A DNA stretch of 64,000 nt from Candidatus Rothia avicola (GTDB lineage: Bacteria > Actinomycetota > Actinomycetes > Actinomycetales > Micrococcaceae): positions 2,605-66,604 of the forward strand of contig DXCN01000020.1 in NCBI GenBank assembly GCA_019115985.1, given 5' to 3'. The notes beneath the pieces are model-generated. The model had not been told where the DNA came from. It saw nothing but the letters and a program-made list of their open reading frames with translations, and did not search any database. The translations under genes and the position numbers were made by a program. Positions 1 through 8,060 of this stretch are shown here, piece after piece (the first letter of the stretch is position 1; each line of letters starts with the position of its first letter).

Positions 1-19
1 TAATTTTCAGTAGCGAAGG

Positions 20-700
20 TTAGACCAGCCCCGCCTCGTAGGCAACAATCACTGCTTGCACGCGGTCGCGGGCCTCAAGCTTAGCCAGAATATGCGAGAC
101 ATGGGTTTTGACGGTCGCCTCAGAAACAAAGAGCTGCTGGGCCATCTCACCGTTCGACAGGCCCTGGGCAATGAGCAAAAAGATCTCACGCTCACGGTTG
201 GTCAGGCTGGAGATTTTGTCGGCGTGCTTTTGGGGCGGCTGCTGAGGCGCGGCGCCACCTGCCAGATGGGGAATCATCTGTTCAAGGAGCCGCTTGGTGG
301 CGCTGGGGGCGATGACGGCGTCCCCGCGCTGCACCGTCCGAATCGCCCCGAGAAGCTGCTCGGGCGGGGCGTCCTTGAGCAGGAAGCCGCTGGCACCGCG
401 CTGGATGGCGGCATACACGTAGTCGTCGATATCGAAGGTGGTCAGCATAACCACCTTGACCTCGGGGTGGGCTGCGATGATAGCTCCGGTGGCTTCGAGG
501 CCATCGAGCACCGGCATGCGCACGTCCATGAGCACCACATCAGGCCCCAGCCCCGCAGCCTGCAGCCTGGCGACCTGCTCGATGGCCTGCTGCCCGTCCC
601 CGGCTTGTGCCACCACCTGTATGTCGGTCTGGGAACCAATCAGCATAGCCAGGCCTGAACGCACCAGCTGCTGGTCATCTACTAGAAGAACTCTAATCAC
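20..700 (-). CDS. NarL/LuxR-family two-component response regulator
   Basis: 226-aa ORF. N-terminal receiver (MIRVLLVDDQ...DVVLMDVRMPVLDG). C-terminal LuxR-type HTH (LTNREREIFLLIAQGLSNGEMAQQLFVSEATVKTHVSHILAKL). Lies directly downstream of a HisKA_3 kinase on the same strand. Confidence 0.9.
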   Translation of the reverse strand: MIRVLLVDDQQLVRSGLAMLIGSQTDIQVVAQAGDGQQAIEQVARLQAAGLGPDVVLMDVRMPVLDGLEATGAIIAAHPEVKVVMLTTFDIDDYVYAAIQRGASGFLLKDAPPEQLLGAIRTVQRGDAVIAPSATKRLLEQMIPHLAGGAAPQQPPQKHADKISSLTNREREIFLLIAQGLSNGEMAQQLFVSEATVKTHVSHILAKLEARDRVQAVIVAYEAGLV

Positions 701-757
701 GGTTTTACTCTATCGCTCCTGGTCATTATCGGGTGGCTAGTTCTTGTTCAAGCGGGT

Positions 758-2026
758 CTAGGGTACGAAAGGAATCTGGGCAAAAACCCTGAAAGACCCG
801 TCGGCTAGGCGGCCGTAGTGCAGGGTGCCGTGGTACATATCGACGCGCTCGCGCATGCCCAGTAGACCCCGACGGGCACCGGGCAGGGGCTGGGTGGGCT
901 CGGCCTGGGGCAGGTTGGTGATGTCGATATCCAGGGTCTGCTTACCCTCGCTAATGGTGACGGTCACCAGGGGAGTGCCCGGGCAGTGCTTGGCCACGTT
1001 GGTCAGGGCCTCTTGCACAATACGGTAGATGGTCAGATCCGCTCCCTGCGGTAGTTTCTCTTCAACCCCCGATACCGTGCTAAAGCGCACCGGTATGCCC
1101 AGCTTCTGGGTTTGCTCAATGAGCTGGGGGACGTTGTGTAGGGCTGGCAGGGGCTCAACCGTGGTGCCCTCATCGGTGCGCAGGACCCCCAGCAGGGTAC
1201 GCATCTGCTGCAGGGATGACCGCGCCGCCTGAGAAATCGTGCCCAGGGCGGCGAGCTCCACAGGTTCATTTTGCGCGGACGCCCCCGCCCCGCTCCCAGG
1301 CTGCTGGTCAGTGGCAGCGTAGCGGGCACCGTCCGCCTGGGCAATGATGACAGACAGCGAATGAGCCACGATGTCGTGCATTTCCCGGGCAATGCGGGCC
1401 CGCTCGTCCAGGACGGCAAGCGCCCGCTCCTGTTCCCGCTCGTGTTCTAGCTGGCGGTTGCGTTCAAGCAGGGCCCGGTGGCGGTTCTCGCGAAGCCGTC
1501 GGGAGTCGCCAAAGAACCAGGCGATAGTCACGATGGCAGCGCAGATAAAAGCGGCAGTCAGTGCCGTAATGTTGAACTCGAGAGCGGTGGGGTTATACAC
1601 CAAAAAAGCGCGGGCGAAAACAAAGCCACCAATGACTGACGCCAACAGAGCTGCAACAAACGTGCCAATACGAACAGGTCTCGAAAAATACCGCACCAGG
1701 TGGTAGACCATCACCGGAGCCGCCCACCAGGATCCGACTGCCGGGTACTGGGCGGGTATGGTGACCAGCAAGCACACCACCACTAGGACTAAGACCAGAA
1801 TCGGCCGGGAATACCTGAAGTAGAGACTCGACGTAGCAACCAGCCAGGTAAGTATGTAAATCAGTGCCCAGGTGCCCTCTCCCATGGAAAGGCCATAGGT
1901 AAGCGTGATCAACAGGGTCAGTATCTGTCCCAGGGCAACAGCTATCGCATTGACCAGCTTCTTCCGGCGCTGGGCAGCGGCCAGTTCTATCTGTAGGGTA
2001 TCCACCCTCCTAAGTCTAGAAGCCAC
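758..2026 (-). CDS. Sensor histidine kinase (HisKA_3 / NarX-DesK type), multi-pass membrane N-terminus
   Basis: 422-aa ORF. Several hydrophobic helices in the N-terminal half. H-box IAREMHDIVAHSLSVIIAQADGA and a C-terminal HATPase region (VQEALTNVAKH, GLLGMRERV). Confidence 0.85.
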   Translation of the reverse strand: MASRLRRVDTLQIELAAAQRRKKLVNAIAVALGQILTLLITLTYGLSMGEGTWALIYILTWLVATSSLYFRYSRPILVLVLVVVCLLVTIPAQYPAVGSWWAAPVMVYHLVRYFSRPVRIGTFVAALLASVIGGFVFARAFLVYNPTALEFNITALTAAFICAAIVTIAWFFGDSRRLRENRHRALLERNRQLEHEREQERALAVLDERARIAREMHDIVAHSLSVIIAQADGARYAATDQQPGSGAGASAQNEPVELAALGTISQAARSSLQQMRTLLGVLRTDEGTTVEPLPALHNVPQLIEQTQKLGIPVRFSTVSGVEEKLPQGADLTIYRIVQEALTNVAKHCPGTPLVTVTISEGKQTLDIDITNLPQAEPTQPLPGARRGLLGMRERVDMYHGTLHYGRLADGSFRVFAQIPFVP

Positions 2027-2128
2027 CCCGGCCCCGGGAAGGTGACCGCGGGCGTCCTCACCTCAAATTCATACCGCAGTATGAGCGCCTAGCACCACCG
2101 GCCGGGCAGTTTCGGTAGGCTTATACCT

Positions 2129-3556
2129 ATGCAGTACATCTCAACCCGCGACACCACCTGTACCCCCGCCCACTTCACCGATATCCTGCTCGGTGGCCTG
2201 GCCCCCGACGGCGGTCTCTACCTGCCTGAAACCTACCCTACCCTCGACGATGCCACACTCACCCGCTGGCGTTCTGTGCTTGCAGAAGAAGGCTACGCGG
2301 CGCTCGCAGCTGAGGTACTGCAGCTCTTCATCGACGATATTCCGGTTGAAGACATCAAGGCTATGACCGCCCGGGCCTACTCCTACCCCAAGTTTGCCTC
2401 TGAAGAGATTGTTCCGGTAACCGAACTGGAACCCGGTATTCTAATCGGTCACCTGTCTGAGGGCCCCACCGCAGCTTTTAAGGACATGGCCATGCAGCTA
2501 CTGGGTGAGCTCTTCGAATACGAGCTGGGCCGCCGCGGGGAAACCCTCAACATTGTGGGTGCCACCTCGGGCGATACCGGTTCGTCTGCCGAATACGCCA
2601 TGCGCGGCCGCCCCGGCATTAAGGTCTTCATGCTCACCCCCGCCGGGCGTATGACCCCCTTCCAGCAGGCTCAGATGTTTGGCCTGGACGACGAAAACAT
2701 CTTCAATGTGGCTCTCGATGGCGTCTTCGATGACTGCCAGGACGTTGTCAAAGCCATCTCAGCTGACGCTGACTTTAAGGCTGATAAGCGTATCGGTGCG
2801 GTGAACTCCATCAACTGGGCCCGCCTGATGGCTCAGATCGTCTACTATGTTTCCTCCTGGATTCGCGCTACCGAAAGCAACGACCAGCAGGTGTCCTTCT
2901 GCGTGCCTACCGGTAACTTCGGTGATATCTGCGCCGGCCATATCGCCCGCCAGATGGGTCTGCCCATCGACCGTCTGATTGTTGCCACCAACGAGAACGA
3001 CGTGCTCGACGAATTCTTCCGCACCGGTGACTACCGGGTGCGTTCTTCGGCCGATACCTACGAGACTTCCAGCCCCTCCATGGATATCTCCCGTGCGTCT
3101 AACTTTGAGCGCTTCATCTACGACCTGCTGGGTCGTGACGCTGAGCGTACCGCCGACCTTTTTGGTCTCAAGGTGCGTCAGGGCGGCTTCTCCCTGACCG
3201 ATGACCCTGCCTTTGCAGAGGCAGCTGAGCGCTACGGTTTTGCCTCGGGGCGTTCAACCCACGCTGATCGCGTCGCTACCATCCGCGATGCTAGTGAGCA
3301 CCTGGGTGTGCTGCTTGACCCCCATACCGCCGACGGCGTCAAGGTCGCTCGTGACTGGGCAGAGAAGGTGGAAACCCCCATCATCTGCCTGGAAACCGCC
3401 CTGCCGGTTAAGTTCGCTGAAACCATCCTTGAAGCCACCGGCGCCGAGCCCGCTATTCCTGAGCGTTTTGCCGGCATCATGGACGCCGACCGCCACGTTA
3501 TTGACCTACCCAACGACGTCGAGGCGGTCAAGGAGCTGATTGAGAAGAACGTCTAA
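2129..3556 (+). CDS. thrC: Threonine synthase (long form)
   Basis: 475-aa ORF. MQYISTRD N-terminus, PLP-lysine motif GPTAAFKDMAMQ, and GATSGDTGSSA loop typical of ThrC. Confidence 0.9.
   Translation: MQYISTRDTTCTPAHFTDILLGGLAPDGGLYLPETYPTLDDATLTRWRSVLAEEGYAALAAEVLQLFIDDIPVEDIKAMTARAYSYPKFASEEIVPVTELEPGILIGHLSEGPTAAFKDMAMQLLGELFEYELGRRGETLNIVGATSGDTGSSAEYAMRGRPGIKVFMLTPAGRMTPFQQAQMFGLDDENIFNVALDGVFDDCQDVVKAISADADFKADKRIGAVNSINWARLMAQIVYYVSSWIRATESNDQQVSFCVPTGNFGDICAGHIARQMGLPIDRLIVATNENDVLDEFFRTGDYRVRSSADTYETSSPSMDISRASNFERFIYDLLGRDAERTADLFGLKVRQGGFSLTDDPAFAEAAERYGFASGRSTHADRVATIRDASEHLGVLLDPHTADGVKVARDWAEKVETPIICLETALPVKFAETILEATGAEPAIPERFAGIMDADRHVIDLPNDVEAVKELIEKNV
3521..3556 (+). repeat. 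Direct repeat copy 1: last 36 nt of thrC (gaggcggtcaaggagctgattgagaagaacgtctaa)
   Basis: Identical 36-mer recurs at 4689..4724, read directly from the sequence. Confidence 0.95.
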
Positions 3557-3557
3557 T

Positions 3558-4598
3558 ATGAATAAGCTTACTCAACGAAAAGGCATGGAAAAAATAATCC
3601 CTAGACATGTCACAGGTGCGCAATACTGGTCACAGCTAGATGGATTAAGAACCATTGCAGTTATATTAGTTCTACTGGGTCATGCATGGACACGCCATTT
3701 TTTCGGAGCGACCGTAGGGGTAGGCCTATTTTTCGCCTTATCAGGCTTTCTTATTACGGGGCTTCTCATTAAGGAAGCTGAGATTCACGGCTCAATTAAT
3801 CTATTGAAATTTTCAGGGAGGCGTTTAATTCGTCTTTTCCCAGCCTTGATTCTTATGTTAGTTTGTACAGCGCCTCTTCTGAAGCCTACAACATTTGAGT
3901 TCTTTGCTTCCCTTTTTTATTTTTCAAACTGGGTTCGTGTGTCGGGGAACAGTATGGGGGCATATGGGCATCTCTGGTCGCTTGCTGTAGAGGAGCAATT
4001 TTATCTCCTATGGCCGCTAGTTCTCGTGCTTGCATATACTTTTTACAGGGTAAAAGGTGTTGCATTGGCTGCTATTTTTCTGATCAGTTTTTCTACACTC
4101 ACGAAATATTTGAGTGAGGGAGAAGACCGGATATATAACAGCCTCGATGCTCGCATGGATAACCTATTAGTCGGTGGACTCTTAGCTATTGCATATCGTT
4201 ACTACCCTGAAATGGTTAGAAAATGGAGTAGAGTTTTTGCAGTTCCAGGTATTCTTATTGTAGTAATGATGGCTGTAATCCCGGAGGGTGTCAGTATGGC
4301 TACCGAACTGACCTTGATTACGTGGGGATCAGTGATGATAGTTGCACTACTTGCATGTGCTGATATCCAAATAGTCAACTCTTTTATGTCGATGAAGCCA
4401 CTTGTATGGTTTGGTGCCATATCATACGGTGTCTATCTCTGGCATTATCCGCTTCAATGGATCTGGCTTTCCCAGGGCATCAGTTATTCTATGAGATTTC
4501 CACTTGTTTTGGTTTCTTCTGTAGTGATTGCATGGCTCTCGTATCGTTTCGTTGAGCGTCCAATATCAAAGACCCTACGCCCTTATGTAACTGTTTGA
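3558..4598 (+). CDS. Acyltransferase family 3 (OafA/YrhL-like membrane O-acyltransferase), AT-rich and probably horizontally acquired
   Basis: Multi-pass membrane ORF with the AT3 N-terminal signature QLDGLRTIAVILVLLGH and WSLAVEEQFYLLWP. ATG begins 2 nt after the thrC stop; an alternative start is M at 3585, which has a better SD. Composition is visibly AT-rich compared with the flanks. Confidence 0.8.
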   Translation: MNKLTQRKGMEKIIPRHVTGAQYWSQLDGLRTIAVILVLLGHAWTRHFFGATVGVGLFFALSGFLITGLLIKEAEIHGSINLLKFSGRRLIRLFPALILMLVCTAPLLKPTTFEFFASLFYFSNWVRVSGNSMGAYGHLWSLAVEEQFYLLWPLVLVLAYTFYRVKGVALAAIFLISFSTLTKYLSEGEDRIYNSLDARMDNLLVGGLLAIAYRYYPEMVRKWSRVFAVPGILIVVMMAVIPEGVSMATELTLITWGSVMIVALLACADIQIVNSFMSMKPLVWFGAISYGVYLWHYPLQWIWLSQGISYSMRFPLVLVSSVVIAWLSYRFVERPISKTLRPYVTV

Positions 4599-4627
4599 CC
4601 TATGGGATTAGGTTCTGAATTGCCTGT

Positions 4628-4688
4628 TCTCAATGTGCGAGCGCGCCAGGAAGCTGAGCAGCGACACAGTGAAACCTTCACATCGGGT
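4628..4688 (+). pseudogene. Fragment of a second RelB/DinJ-type antitoxin gene (3' portion only)
   Basis: About 87% identical by eye to 5077..5137 of the intact antitoxin gene. Translates LNVRARQEAEQRHSETFTSGE versus LNARARQEAEQRHGKTFTSVE. Has no start codon or 5' part, and runs in frame into the duplicated thrC tail. Confidence 0.7.
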
Positions 4689-4724
4689 GAGGCGGTCAAG
4701 GAGCTGATTGAGAAGAACGTCTAA
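4689..4724 (+). repeat. Direct repeat copy 2 of the thrC 3' end (36/36 identical to 3521..3556)
   Basis: Exact match read from the sequence. It is followed by a hairpin terminator that is probably the native thrC terminator. Confidence 0.95.
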
Positions 4725-4743
4725 CCGTTCTCACCACCTATAG

Positions 4744-4808
4744 AACCACATACCTTGTTGCGCCCCGATTAAATTCTGGGGCTGGTGACAAGGCATGTGG
4801 TTTCTTGT
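4744..4808 (+). terminator. Compound hairpin, probable original thrC terminator
   Basis: Arms aaccacataccttgt (4744-4758) and acaaggcatgtggtt (4788-4802) match 14/15. They enclose an inner gcccc/ggggc hairpin and are followed by a T-rich tract. Confidence 0.55.
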
Positions 4809-4912
4809 TGCTGGGATGCTAGAACGCATAAGTTTCTCGGCAAAAGTCTTGAAAAGATAGACTCACGCGAGTATGGTGCAACTGTAATGACACCGTAATA
4901 ACAGGAGCACTC

Positions 4913-5173
4913 ATGACTGATGCAACAATTTCCTTCCGCACCGATAGCGCCACCAAAGAAGAAGTGCGAAAACTCTACAGCGACCTCGGCTTAGACCTCA
5001 GCACTGCACTGAATATGTTCCTTAAGCAGTCGCTCGTTGATAACGGTCTGCCTTTTACTCCCCACCGCGAGAACCCTCTCAATGCACGAGCCCGCCAGGA
5101 AGCTGAGCAGCGGCACGGGAAAACCTTCACATCGGTTGAGGCTCTCATGGCTGATTTGACCGATGCTGACTAG
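4913..5173 (+). CDS. Type II antitoxin, RelB/DinJ family
   Basis: 86-aa ORF with an AGGAG SD 7 nt upstream. N-terminal ribbon-helix-helix pattern ISFRTDSATKEEVRKLYSDLGLDLSTALNMFLKQ is typical of DinJ. Confidence 0.75.
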   Translation: MTDATISFRTDSATKEEVRKLYSDLGLDLSTALNMFLKQSLVDNGLPFTPHRENPLNARARQEAEQRHGKTFTSVEALMADLTDAD

Positions 5174-5255
5174 AATCCACCGAACCATCCAGTTCAAAAG
5201 AGATGCCAAAACGCTGCAAACCCCTCCTTCGCTTCTATGCCAGTCACTTGTATAA
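5163..5255 (+). pseudogene. Truncated YafQ/RelE-type toxin remnant (30 codons)
   Basis: ATG overlaps the antitoxin 3' end. Reads MLTRIHRTIQFKRDAKTLQ, resembling the YafQ/RelE N-terminal pattern (..T.QFKKD.K.L), then diverges and stops. Full-length toxins of this family are about 90 aa. Confidence 0.45.
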
Positions 5256-5258
5256 ATC

Positions 5259-5648
5259 GTGAGACTAGCTAGCGGGGGGTGCTTCTATAGTTTCCCTATG
5301 ATCAGCGAAAAAGATTTCTTTGCGGCGGTATTGCGCCTGGCCAAGCCCCACACCCCAAGCGACCGTGAACCGAATACGGTAGACCGTGAGGCAGCAATTG
5401 CTGCCCTTGAAGAAGCTCAGATAGAGCAGACCTGCGACTGCGGCACCTGTCTCACCTACACCCTGCTTTACCCGGGTGCTCCCATCGACCAGGACCTGCC
5501 CCGCACCTACCTATCCGTAGGTACGCAGGGCGGGGACGCGCTCGTCCTCGCCCATCTAGCAGGCGTCAGGCTTACCACTCTAGAAGTAGCTCCCACAGGC
5601 AATAAGTCGGTAGCGGCCCTACCAGATGCCGACCACCTCACACCCTAG
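5259..5648 (+). CDS. Hypothetical protein
   Basis: 129-aa ORF from GTG; an alternative ATG at 5298 gives MISEKDFF. No recognisable motif. Composition is genome-like. Position fills the gap before leuB. Confidence 0.4.
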   Translation: MRLASGGCFYSFPMISEKDFFAAVLRLAKPHTPSDREPNTVDREAAIAALEEAQIEQTCDCGTCLTYTLLYPGAPIDQDLPRTYLSVGTQGGDALVLAHLAGVRLTTLEVAPTGNKSVAALPDADHLTP

Positions 5649-5713
5649 ATCAATATATGAAACCACCGGTCAAAATATGGGCAAAGCTGCGCTCGCAGGA
5701 CTAGCCTTAAACC

Positions 5714-6772
5714 ATGACTGAAAGCAGCTCCATCAACCTGGCAGTAATCCCCGGCGACGGCATCGGCCCCGAAGTAGTAGCCCAAGCCCACCGCGTCCTT
5801 ACCCGCGCCGCCGAACTCGACAACATCACTGTCACCTCCACCGAATACCCCCTCGGCGCAGAACACTGGCTCGCAACCGGTCAGACCCTCACCGAAGAGA
5901 CCAAGACCGCGCTCGCCCAGCACGACGCCATCCTCTTCGGCGCAGTGGGAGCCGATCCGCGCTCGTCCGCCGTGCCCAGCGGCCTGATCGAACGAGAAAT
6001 CCTGCTCAACCTGCGATTCTCCTTCGACCACTACATCAACCTGCGCCCCTCCCGCCTCTTCCCCGGCGCTGTCTCACCCCTCACCAACCCCGGCGATATC
6101 GACTTTGTAGTCGTCCGCGAAGGCACCGAAGGTCCCTACGCCGGTAACGGCGGTGTGCTCCGCGCCGGAACCGACGCCGAAATCGCCACCGAAGTTTCGG
6201 TCAACACCGCCTACGGCATCGAGCGCCTGGTGCGCTACGCCTTCGAGCTGGCAGCTAGCCGTGAGAAGAAAAAACTGACCCTGATTCACAAGACCAACGT
6301 GCTGGTCAACGCCGGTGCCCTCTACACCCGTATCTTCAACAAGGTCGCCGAAGAATACCCCCAGGTCACCACCGACTACCTGCACATCGACGCAGCCACC
6401 ATCTTCTTCACCACCGACCCCGCCCGCTTCGACGTAATCGTTACCGATAACCTCTTCGGCGACATCCTCACCGACCAGGCAGGGGCCATCACCGGCGGCA
6501 TTGGCTACGCAGCCTGTGGCAATATCAACGCCGACGGCACCTACCCCTCTATGTTCGAACCCGTGCACGGCTCAGCCCCCGACATCGCCGGGCAGAACAA
6601 GGCCAACCCGACCGCAACCGTCCTGGCCGCTGCCATGCTCCTGCGCCACCTGGGCCACGAAAACAGCGCCGCCCGCATCGAACAGGCAGTAGAAGCAGAC
6701 CTCGCAGCCAACCCCGGCGCAACCCGCGCCACCGACGAAATAGGCGATGCAATCCTCGCCCAGCTCCACTAA
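5714..6772 (+). CDS. leuB: 3-isopropylmalate dehydrogenase
   Basis: 352-aa ORF. N-terminus [13 protein letters not shown], plus NLRP and [18 protein letters not shown] motifs of the isocitrate/isopropylmalate dehydrogenase family, actinobacterial short type. Confidence 0.9.
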   Translation: MTESSSINLAVIPGDGIGPEVVAQAHRVLTRAAELDNITVTSTEYPLGAEHWLATGQTLTEETKTALAQHDAILFGAVGADPRSSAVPSGLIEREILLNLRFSFDHYINLRPSRLFPGAVSPLTNPGDIDFVVVREGTEGPYAGNGGVLRAGTDAEIATEVSVNTAYGIERLVRYAFELAASREKKKLTLIHKTNVLVNAGALYTRIFNKVAEEYPQVTTDYLHIDAATIFFTTDPARFDVIVTDNLFGDILTDQAGAITGGIGYAACGNINADGTYPSMFEPVHGSAPDIAGQNKANPTATVLAAAMLLRHLGHENSAARIEQAVEADLAANPGATRATDEIGDAILAQLH

Positions 6773-6781
6773 AACGCCAGT

Positions 6782-6808
6782 ACCCCACCGAAATCCGGTG
6801 GGGTCTTG
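6782..6808 (+). terminator. Hairpin terminator after leuB
   Basis: accccaccg / cggtggggt stem followed by cttg. Confidence 0.55.
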
Positions 6809-6879
6809 CGTAAGCTAGCTAACAGAGCACAAGCCCGTGGGGTACCCTAGAATATAGACCCCACGACACCGTTTGAAGG

Positions 6880-7983
6880 ATGAGCATGTCACCCGAATTC
6901 ACCATCAACCGCAACCCCAACCCCGCCAGCGACGAGCGCCGTTCCGAAATTCTCGCCAACCCCGGCTTCGGCAACTTCTTCACCGACCACATGGTGCGCA
7001 TTGACTGGCGCGGCACCCACACCGACGGCGGCGAATGGACCAACGCCCAGGTTCTGCCCTACGGCCCCCTGAGCCTGGACCCGGCTGCGTCCGTCTTCCA
7101 CTACGGCCAGGAAATCTTCGAGGGTATCAAAGCCTACCGCCAGGCGGACGGATCCATCACCACCTTCCGCCCCGAAGAGAACGCCTCTCGTCTGAACAAG
7201 TCAGCTGACCGCCTGGTGCTGCCTAACCTGCCCGAAGAGCTCTTCGTTGAGGCAATCCGCCAGCTGGTAACTATTGACGCTGACTGGGTTCCCTCCGGTG
7301 AGGGCGAATCCCTCTACCTGCGCCCCTTCATGATTGCCACCGAAGCTTTCTTGGGTATTCGCCCGGCACACGAGGTCTCCTTCTTCATCATTGCGTCCCC
7401 CGCCGGTAACTACTTCGGCACCCCCAAGCCCGTCGATATCTGGCTTTCAACCACCTACGCCCGCGCTGGTGTGGGCGGCACCGGCGAGGCTAAATGCGGC
7501 GGCAACTACGCGGCTTCTCTGGCTGCCCAGCTGGAGGGCGAGGCCCAGGGCTGCAAGCAGGTCATTTTCAAGGACCCCAACCGCGATGACGCCATTGAAG
7601 AGCTGGGCGGCATGAACGTTTTCTTCGTTTACAAGGACGGACGCATCGTCACCCCCGAGCTGACCGGCACGATTCTGCGCGGTGTAACCCGTAAGTCCAT
7701 CATCAAGCTGGCTGAGGACCGCGGCCACACCGTTGAGGAACGCAAGATTACCCTGAGCGAGTGGCGCGAGGGCGTAGCTTCTGGTGAGATTACCGAGATT
7801 TTTGCCTGCGGTACCGCTGCCGTCATTACCCCCGTGGGTAAGCTCAAGGCCGCTGACTTTGAGATCCCCTCGGCTTCTGGCGCGGACGGCGGCGAGGTCA
7901 CCATGGCCCTGCGCGAAGAGCTGGTAGGTATTCAGACCGGTAAGGTCGAGGACCGCCTGGGCTGGAACGTGAAGCTGGTCTAG
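6880..7983 (+). CDS. ilvE: Branched-chain amino acid aminotransferase
   Basis: 367-aa ORF. Class IV aminotransferase pattern (FHYGQEIFEGIKAY, LYLRPF, GTGEAKCGGNYA). The second ATG at 6886 has better spacing to the GAAGGA SD. Confidence 0.9.
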   Translation: MSMSPEFTINRNPNPASDERRSEILANPGFGNFFTDHMVRIDWRGTHTDGGEWTNAQVLPYGPLSLDPAASVFHYGQEIFEGIKAYRQADGSITTFRPEENASRLNKSADRLVLPNLPEELFVEAIRQLVTIDADWVPSGEGESLYLRPFMIATEAFLGIRPAHEVSFFIIASPAGNYFGTPKPVDIWLSTTYARAGVGGTGEAKCGGNYAASLAAQLEGEAQGCKQVIFKDPNRDDAIEELGGMNVFFVYKDGRIVTPELTGTILRGVTRKSIIKLAEDRGHTVEERKITLSEWREGVASGEITEIFACGTAAVITPVGKLKAADFEIPSASGADGGEVTMALREELVGIQTGKVEDRLGWNVKLV

Positions 7984-8007
7984 TCTCTCTTCTGGTAGGT
8001 ACCACCT

Positions 8008-8048
8008 AAATCAGAAAAACCCACCACCTAGGTGGGTTTTTCTGATTT
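8008..8048. terminator. Bidirectional terminator between convergent ilvE and the ABC-F gene
   Basis: 18-bp arms aaatcagaaaaacccacc / ggtgggtttttctgattt, with A/T runs on both sides. Confidence 0.8.
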
Positions 8049-8060
8049 AAATGGTCTTTT

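Noticed and set aside
3557-5650. Calling the AT3/TA region a mobile element or genomic island with integrase
   Set aside because: No integrase, transposase, IS terminal inverted repeats or tRNA attachment site are visible. Only the 36-bp duplication and compositional shift support foreign origin, so it is reported as a finding rather than a mobile_element feature.
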